A DNA stretch of 64,000 nt. It comes from Desulfobacterales bacterium (GTDB lineage: Bacteria > Desulfobacterota > Desulfobacteria > Desulfobacterales > UBA2174). This document shows positions 59,362 through 64,000 of this stretch, piece by piece. The notes under the pieces are model-generated. The model searched no databases. It was given only the letters and a program-made list of their open reading frames with translations, and was not told where the DNA came from. How positions within the stretch are numbered: position 1 is the stretch's first letter; each line of letters opens with the position of its first letter. The position numbers and the translations under genes were made by a program. The DNA lies in NCBI GenBank assembly GCA_963668645.2, contig CAXXWC010000018.1:160001-224000 (forward strand). Direction: 5' to 3'.

Positions 59362-62300
59362 TTAACGCCAGCCGGCCACCTCCTGCAAGGCAGACATCGC
59401 CTCGGCGGCCCCGATGCGCCGATTTGCATCCACGTCGCCTGCCAGGGCCGCATGCACCGCCGTATCGCCGGCCAGTACCCGCAGCGCCAGGATAGCATCG
59501 GAAAGATCGACAGCCCCGTCGCTGTTCATGTCGCCGGGGGTCCCGGTATAGAATCGATAGTTGTCGCTGTTGCTGGCCGGCACCTTGGAGATGTTGTCCG
59601 GGTCGGAACCGGCGCTGTCCCAGGCCTCGACGCGGTAGCGGTAGTACGCGTTGGGCCGCAGCACCCCGGGGGGGACCGTGTAGGTGGTCGTCTGGCCGTC
59701 GACAGGCCCGCGATGGAGGGTGCGGCTGCTGTCGTTGTTGTAGATGCGCACCCGGTATTTTTCGGCCCCTTCAATGGGGTTCCAGCGGAAGGTCGGCGTG
59801 ACCGAGGTCACCAAATTGATGCGAACCTGGAGCTGCTTTTCCGGATAACGGGCCGCCAGGACCGTTCCGGTCGGGGTATAGGTGTAGGTGGCCTCATCGG
59901 CTTTGAACACCATGCTGGTTCCGTTCCAGGAAATTCCCACGGTTACGGTTTCACCGGCCTCGACGGTTTTGAGGGTCCCGTTGGCGATGTCCTGCCAGTG
60001 CATCGTCTCGTCCACCAGGTCGGTGGAGATCGAATAGGCCACCCGCATCGGGGTGACGCTGATCGTCGCCCACACATCGAGCCCGTCCTGGTTGAACCAG
60101 TAGCCGCTGATTCTCGCTTGCGGACCGGTTTCCGAACTGGCTTCGGAAACGGTGACGGCCGCCTCCACGGCGTCGACCGATTCGGGGTTTTTCAATGAGA
60201 TGCTCGTATCGGCCCGTCCCACAGAGTTCAGGGTCGACAGGTGCAAGGCCCCCTGGTCGATCTGGATGCCGCCATTGTCCCAATAATTCCATCGATCGGT
60301 GTCCGGCAGGGCGCCTAGGTCGAAAGCATCGTACAGGACGCCGTTGACCTTCACATCGTCGAAAACGGCGTGGATGTATTCCTGTACCGGGTTGTAGAGG
60401 CTAGGCCGGAGCTGGGCCGGATCCACCGGCGCCAGGGGGTTGGCGATCAGCGTATCGGTGGTGGTTGCAGATCGGTTCTCCAGGTCGGTGACGGTGAAGG
60501 TGTAGATGCCGTCCGGGCTTTCCGGCACGGGACCGCTGCCCCAGTAATAGGCGGTCTGGTTGTCGCTGGAACTATCGAAATTGAGGTCCACCGATGACCC
60601 GTCGGGCAGGCTCACCGATACCTGGTGCGAAGACCCGTCTGCCGCGATTCCGTCCGCATCGTAAACCGTCACGCTGCCGGCCAGGAATGTGCCGTTGGGG
60701 GTGGTATAGGTCAGGGCGTTCCAGTCCTCCAGGAACTGGGGTGTACTGGCATGATCGAGGCTGGCGGCCATGGAAAAGGGGATCCAGGCCGATTGGGAGC
60801 GATTCTGCACGTCGAGCCAGTCGCTGCTGTCGGTGGCCCGCACGCGGTATTCGTAGTTAGTGCCGGCGCTCAGTTTTCCGGCCGGAACGGTAAAGTGGGT
60901 CATCGAGTAGGTGCGCGGGGTGCTGACCACCTGCTCGCCGGTGGTGCGGTCCCGGATCTGGAGCCGGTAGGCGATGCGCGCTCCGGCGATGCCCGATGAG
61001 GCCGGGTCGGTGATCGCGGCCCAGGAGAACATGGGGGTCTTGGAGCTGAGCACCGTGTCCGGCTGCACCGCAAAGCCGGTGGCGTCCGGCAGCGGCAAGT
61101 CTCGGTTGATGTGATGGATGCCGGTATAGGTCCGGGTCTGGCCGGCGATGGTGAGGCGGAATGTGTAGGTGCCGACCTGGGGGGAACCTGGGGTTATTGC
61201 ATAGACTTCATTCCACGCCGGATCGAACTGGACTCCGTCGACGCCGGCGGCGATCTGGGCGCCGGTATAGGAAAGATCGATGCCCGGGCCGGTGACGGCC
61301 CACTCGTCGATGTCCTGGGGCAGGGAGCCGCTGTAGTCGTATATGTCGGTGATAAAAAGGGCGCGGACGCCTTGTGCATCGTGGGTATTCATCACCCTGG
61401 AATCGTGACTGAAAGGCGGCTCCACCGTCAGCTGAAGCTGGCGCGGTTGGCTCTCGTCCACAGTGTCATCCGGCATTTCGAGCAGCATAAAACCCGGCCA
61501 GTCGCTGCTGATCGCCACCTGGCCATCCGGCGGTCCGATGAAATTGGTCGGTTCCTGACTGCCATCGTCACCGGGGTTGGAAAGGCCCGCGGTGATCCAG
61601 CCGCCTGCGGCTGGATTGCCGTTTTGATTCACTCGGAACGCCGTTCCGGCAGTCAGGTCCTGGATGGCGTCGAAGGAAAAGATGCGGTCTCCGTGCCACA
61701 GGATGAGAATATACTTGTAGAACTTTGACGCCGGGATGGTGGCGGTTTCCGAAGATTCACCCAGGAAAACCATCTCGGCACCGCTCCAGTCGATGTCATT
61801 GGGGTTCCAGGGCCCGTAAAAAGGCTGGGCCAGCGGGTTGGTGTCGGACCCGAAAACCCGGTAGACCCCCGCTTTGGTCATCACGTAATCGTCGTTGATC
61901 GGTGTGTCGGCCTCCGAGTCGATGAGATTCTCGCCGGCGCTGATCGCCACCGGTCCGCTCACCCCTGTGGTGTCGCCGAAATCGAGGATGCCGTTGTCGT
62001 TCGCATCGTAGATCACGTGCAGGTAGACCGTGGCGCCGATGGGGATGCCGGTCAGGGTGTAGCTGCCTGAATTTTCGAGAAAGACCGCATCGCCGATGGC
62101 ATCGCCGCAGCGGTAGGCCGGTTCGGCGCAGGGCAGGGCGGCGACGAAAAACTTGCCATCTCCGGTGCAGTCGGCACAGGAAACCGTTCCGGACAGGGTC
62201 GCGGTTTCGATCCGGATCTGGGTCGGGTTGTCGTCGCTGAGGATATGCCCGCTGGTCTGGTGGGAATAAACTCTCAGCCATCGGCCCGAGAACAGGTCCC

Positions 62301-63999
62301 CGATTTCGGCAAGCGGGGCTCGCCATTCGATGAAACCGGTTCCCGCGGCCACATCGCCGTTGGCACCGGTCCATAGCACGTTAGGCTCCGCCCACGGATC
62401 CGCCGTTTTCGTGCCGAACCCGGCAACCCACTGCCCGTCCGCGCGATAGGCGTAACAGGCCGGGTTGCCCGCCTGATTGCCGTTTTCATAATCGTTCATG
62501 GCCTCCCAGACATAGGCCATGCCCGTTTCGGCCAACGGATTTCCGTCCGCCAGTTGGATCCCGACATAGAAGTAATTGCTGTCCTTGGCGGCGTAAACCG
62601 CCTGAATGTCGCCACCGGCAAGGTCCGCCCCTTCATTCTCGTCGCCGCTAAAGTCGGTGAAGACCAGGCTGGCGGCGGGCCATCCGCTCTGATTGCCGTC
62701 CAGGACAATGGCGCCGTCAGAGACCGTGGGGATATTGAAAAACGGCCCTCCACTGCCGTCCAGGTGGGTTTCGTGGCGCAGTTCCCATTGGGCCGCAAGC
62801 GCTTTGTTGGTGGCCGCACCGGGCCAGATCCCGTTGAGAACGTGGCCGTTCGTATTGGCGGGAAAGGTGCCGGCCACCGCATCGTCCTGGATGCCGAACT
62901 TGGGCAGTGCGGCGCGGATGTCGAGCGGATTCTGGCCCGTATTGCCGAACACGGCGTTGGGGTTGAGGGATTTCGTCCCGGTTTCCATCGCGTTGCGGAT
63001 GCCGGCAAAGTTGTAAGGCCCCTCGGTACCGGAATTGGTTGTGCGGGTGTAGTTCCCCGCGATGGTATCCCCGTTGACGGTGCCGTTAATCGTGGCCGTA
63101 AAAGGCTCCGATCCGCCGGTGGTCAAATTCCAGGTCACTTGGTTGCCGCTGCGCTGGATGCTTTCCAGGTAGCCCCCGCAGGTGAAAAAGTTGCAACTGT
63201 CTATCCCGTAGAAATTCGTATCCGCCAGGATCAGTTCATCCAAGGTGCCGGCCGGCGGGGTGGTGATGTATTCGAAACTGACGGCCAACCGGGAGCCGTC
63301 GGCAATGTTTGTCAGGGTCCAGCTTTCGTAAGTTTGCGAAAAGTCCGCCGCACGGTTTTCAGCCAAGGCGCTGTTGATTTCTTCCAGTTGGATCAGGTCG
63401 CCCAGGGCATCGCGCCGGGTTTGGTCCGAATCGAAATAGAAAAGGTCGTCGTCCTGGAGATCGCCTTCAAGGCTGATCGCGTCGTAAGCGGCCCGGGCAT
63501 TGTCGATGCCGGCCATCAGGCTGGCGCGGGCCTCCGTGAGGCTTTCGATCCCGTCCGCCGAGCGCAGCTTGAGCAGATCCGGATTTTCATCCAAAAGTTC
63601 CTGGAGGCGCAAAACCCCAGCATTGCCCAGAACCATCAGTTCGCGCAGATCGATGTCCAGGTCGTAGGCCGTCACGATCAAAAGGGACGCCTTGAGCAGC
63701 TGGAGGGTGGATTTGAACAGCAGGATGTCGCCGGCGTCGATTTCCACCTGCTGGTCGCCTGTTTCTGCCGCGCTCAAGGTCAGGGCGAATCCGCTTCCCA
63801 CGGCTTCCAGGTTGGCCAGGGCCCCGTCGATTTCCGTGATGAACGGTCCTTGAAGAAAGGCGTGAAAGGTTGCCCCGTCGGGGACGGTGGCCGGCGGGTC
63901 ATACTGGTCGTAAGACAGGGGCGGTTCGTCGAACGGCTCCTGGCCAAGGGGCCGGGTCGGATGGACGTTCAACCCGAAGAGGCTTGCCAGGTCGGCGGC
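59362..63999 (-). CDS. Partial (5' end outside window) giant acidic surface protein with Ig/FN3-like repeats and C-terminal dockerin-like domain
   Basis: Frame open to the right edge; YEYRVRA / YRYRVEA repeats; PGDMNSDGAVDLSDAILALRVLAG...GDVDANRRIGAAEAMSALQ. Confidence 0.85.
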   Translation of the reverse strand, partial: AADLASLFGLNVHPTRPLGQEPFDEPPLSYDQYDPPATVPDGATFHAFLQGPFITEIDGALANLEAVGSGFALTLSAAETGDQQVEIDAGDILLFKSTLQLLKASLLIVTAYDLDIDLRELMVLGNAGVLRLQELLDENPDLLKLRSADGIESLTEARASLMAGIDNARAAYDAISLEGDLQDDDLFYFDSDQTRRDALGDLIQLEEINSALAENRAADFSQTYESWTLTNIADGSRLAVSFEYITTPPAGTLDELILADTNFYGIDSCNFFTCGGYLESIQRSGNQVTWNLTTGGSEPFTATINGTVNGDTIAGNYTRTTNSGTEGPYNFAGIRNAMETGTKSLNPNAVFGNTGQNPLDIRAALPKFGIQDDAVAGTFPANTNGHVLNGIWPGAATNKALAAQWELRHETHLDGSGGPFFNIPTVSDGAIVLDGNQSGWPAASLVFTDFSGDENEGADLAGGDIQAVYAAKDSNYFYVGIQLADGNPLAETGMAYVWEAMNDYENGNQAGNPACYAYRADGQWVAGFGTKTADPWAEPNVLWTGANGDVAAGTGFIEWRAPLAEIGDLFSGRWLRVYSHQTSGHILSDDNPTQIRIETATLSGTVSCADCTGDGKFFVAALPCAEPAYRCGDAIGDAVFLENSGSYTLTGIPIGATVYLHVIYDANDNGILDFGDTTGVSGPVAISAGENLIDSEADTPINDDYVMTKAGVYRVFGSDTNPLAQPFYGPWNPNDIDWSGAEMVFLGESSETATIPASKFYKYILILWHGDRIFSFDAIQDLTAGTAFRVNQNGNPAAGGWITAGLSNPGDDGSQEPTNFIGPPDGQVAISSDWPGFMLLEMPDDTVDESQPRQLQLTVEPPFSHDSRVMNTHDAQGVRALFITDIYDYSGSLPQDIDEWAVTGPGIDLSYTGAQIAAGVDGVQFDPAWNEVYAITPGSPQVGTYTFRLTIAGQTRTYTGIHHINRDLPLPDATGFAVQPDTVLSSKTPMFSWAAITDPASSGIAGARIAYRLQIRDRTTGEQVVSTPRTYSMTHFTVPAGKLSAGTNYEYRVRATDSSDWLDVQNRSQSAWIPFSMAASLDHASTPQFLEDWNALTYTTPNGTFLAGSVTVYDADGIAADGSSHQVSVSLPDGSSVDLNFDSSSDNQTAYYWGSGPVPESPDGIYTFTVTDLENRSATTTDTLIANPLAPVDPAQLRPSLYNPVQEYIHAVFDDVKVNGVLYDAFDLGALPDTDRWNYWDNGGIQIDQGALHLSTLNSVGRADTSISLKNPESVDAVEAAVTVSEASSETGPQARISGYWFNQDGLDVWATISVTPMRVAYSISTDLVDETMHWQDIANGTLKTVEAGETVTVGISWNGTSMVFKADEATYTYTPTGTVLAARYPEKQLQVRINLVTSVTPTFRWNPIEGAEKYRVRIYNNDSSRTLHRGPVDGQTTTYTVPPGVLRPNAYYRYRVEAWDSAGSDPDNISKVPASNSDNYRFYTGTPGDMNSDGAVDLSDAILALRVLAGDTAVHAALAGDVDANRRIGAAEAMSALQEVAGWR

Positions 64000-64000
64000 G

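Noticed and set aside
1..64000. CRISPR array, rRNA, tRNA, integrase or prophage
   Set aside because: No regularly spaced repeats or recognisable signatures seen by eye.

Overview
Genomic window that looks like a Desulfobacterota (Desulfobacterales-like) bacterium; the taxon is inferred from gene content only. (1) 1-5.9 kb: AT-rich type IV/MSHA-like pilin cassette with three minor pilins, a sigma54-driven major pilin and a TMTC-type glycosyltransferase. One minor-pilin ORF, missed by the ORF track, fuses a PilW-like pilin, a CFI-box-CTERM membrane domain and a second PilX-like pilin in one frame. (2) 6.8-19.6 kb: VKOR-DsbA fusion, sigma54-linked Usp/AcuB/Pat acetyltransferase/acetate CoA-transferase genes, a two-component system and a YheT hydrolase; three of these genes have +1 homopolymer frameshifts. 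(3) 19.7-32.6 kb and 56.8-59.2 kb: type II secretion system (exeA-gspB, gspFGHIJKLMDE, cohesin-gspN-gspC). (4) Splitting the T2SS locus, a ~24-kb island (32.6-56.7 kb) is bounded by a 16-bp direct repeat and carries IS scars. It begins with a cobalamin riboswitch, encodes a cellulosome-like set of secreted proteins (two giant beta-helix/CARDB/cohesin scaffolds, three dockerin-bearing PQQ-type beta-propellers, adaptors, a membrane anchor) and ends in a BtuB-like TonB-dependent receptor. This is a candidate undescribed B12-regulated, cohesin-dockerin-assembled extracellular corrinoid-capture complex. (5) 59.4-64 kb: partial giant surface protein with a C-terminal dockerin-like domain.
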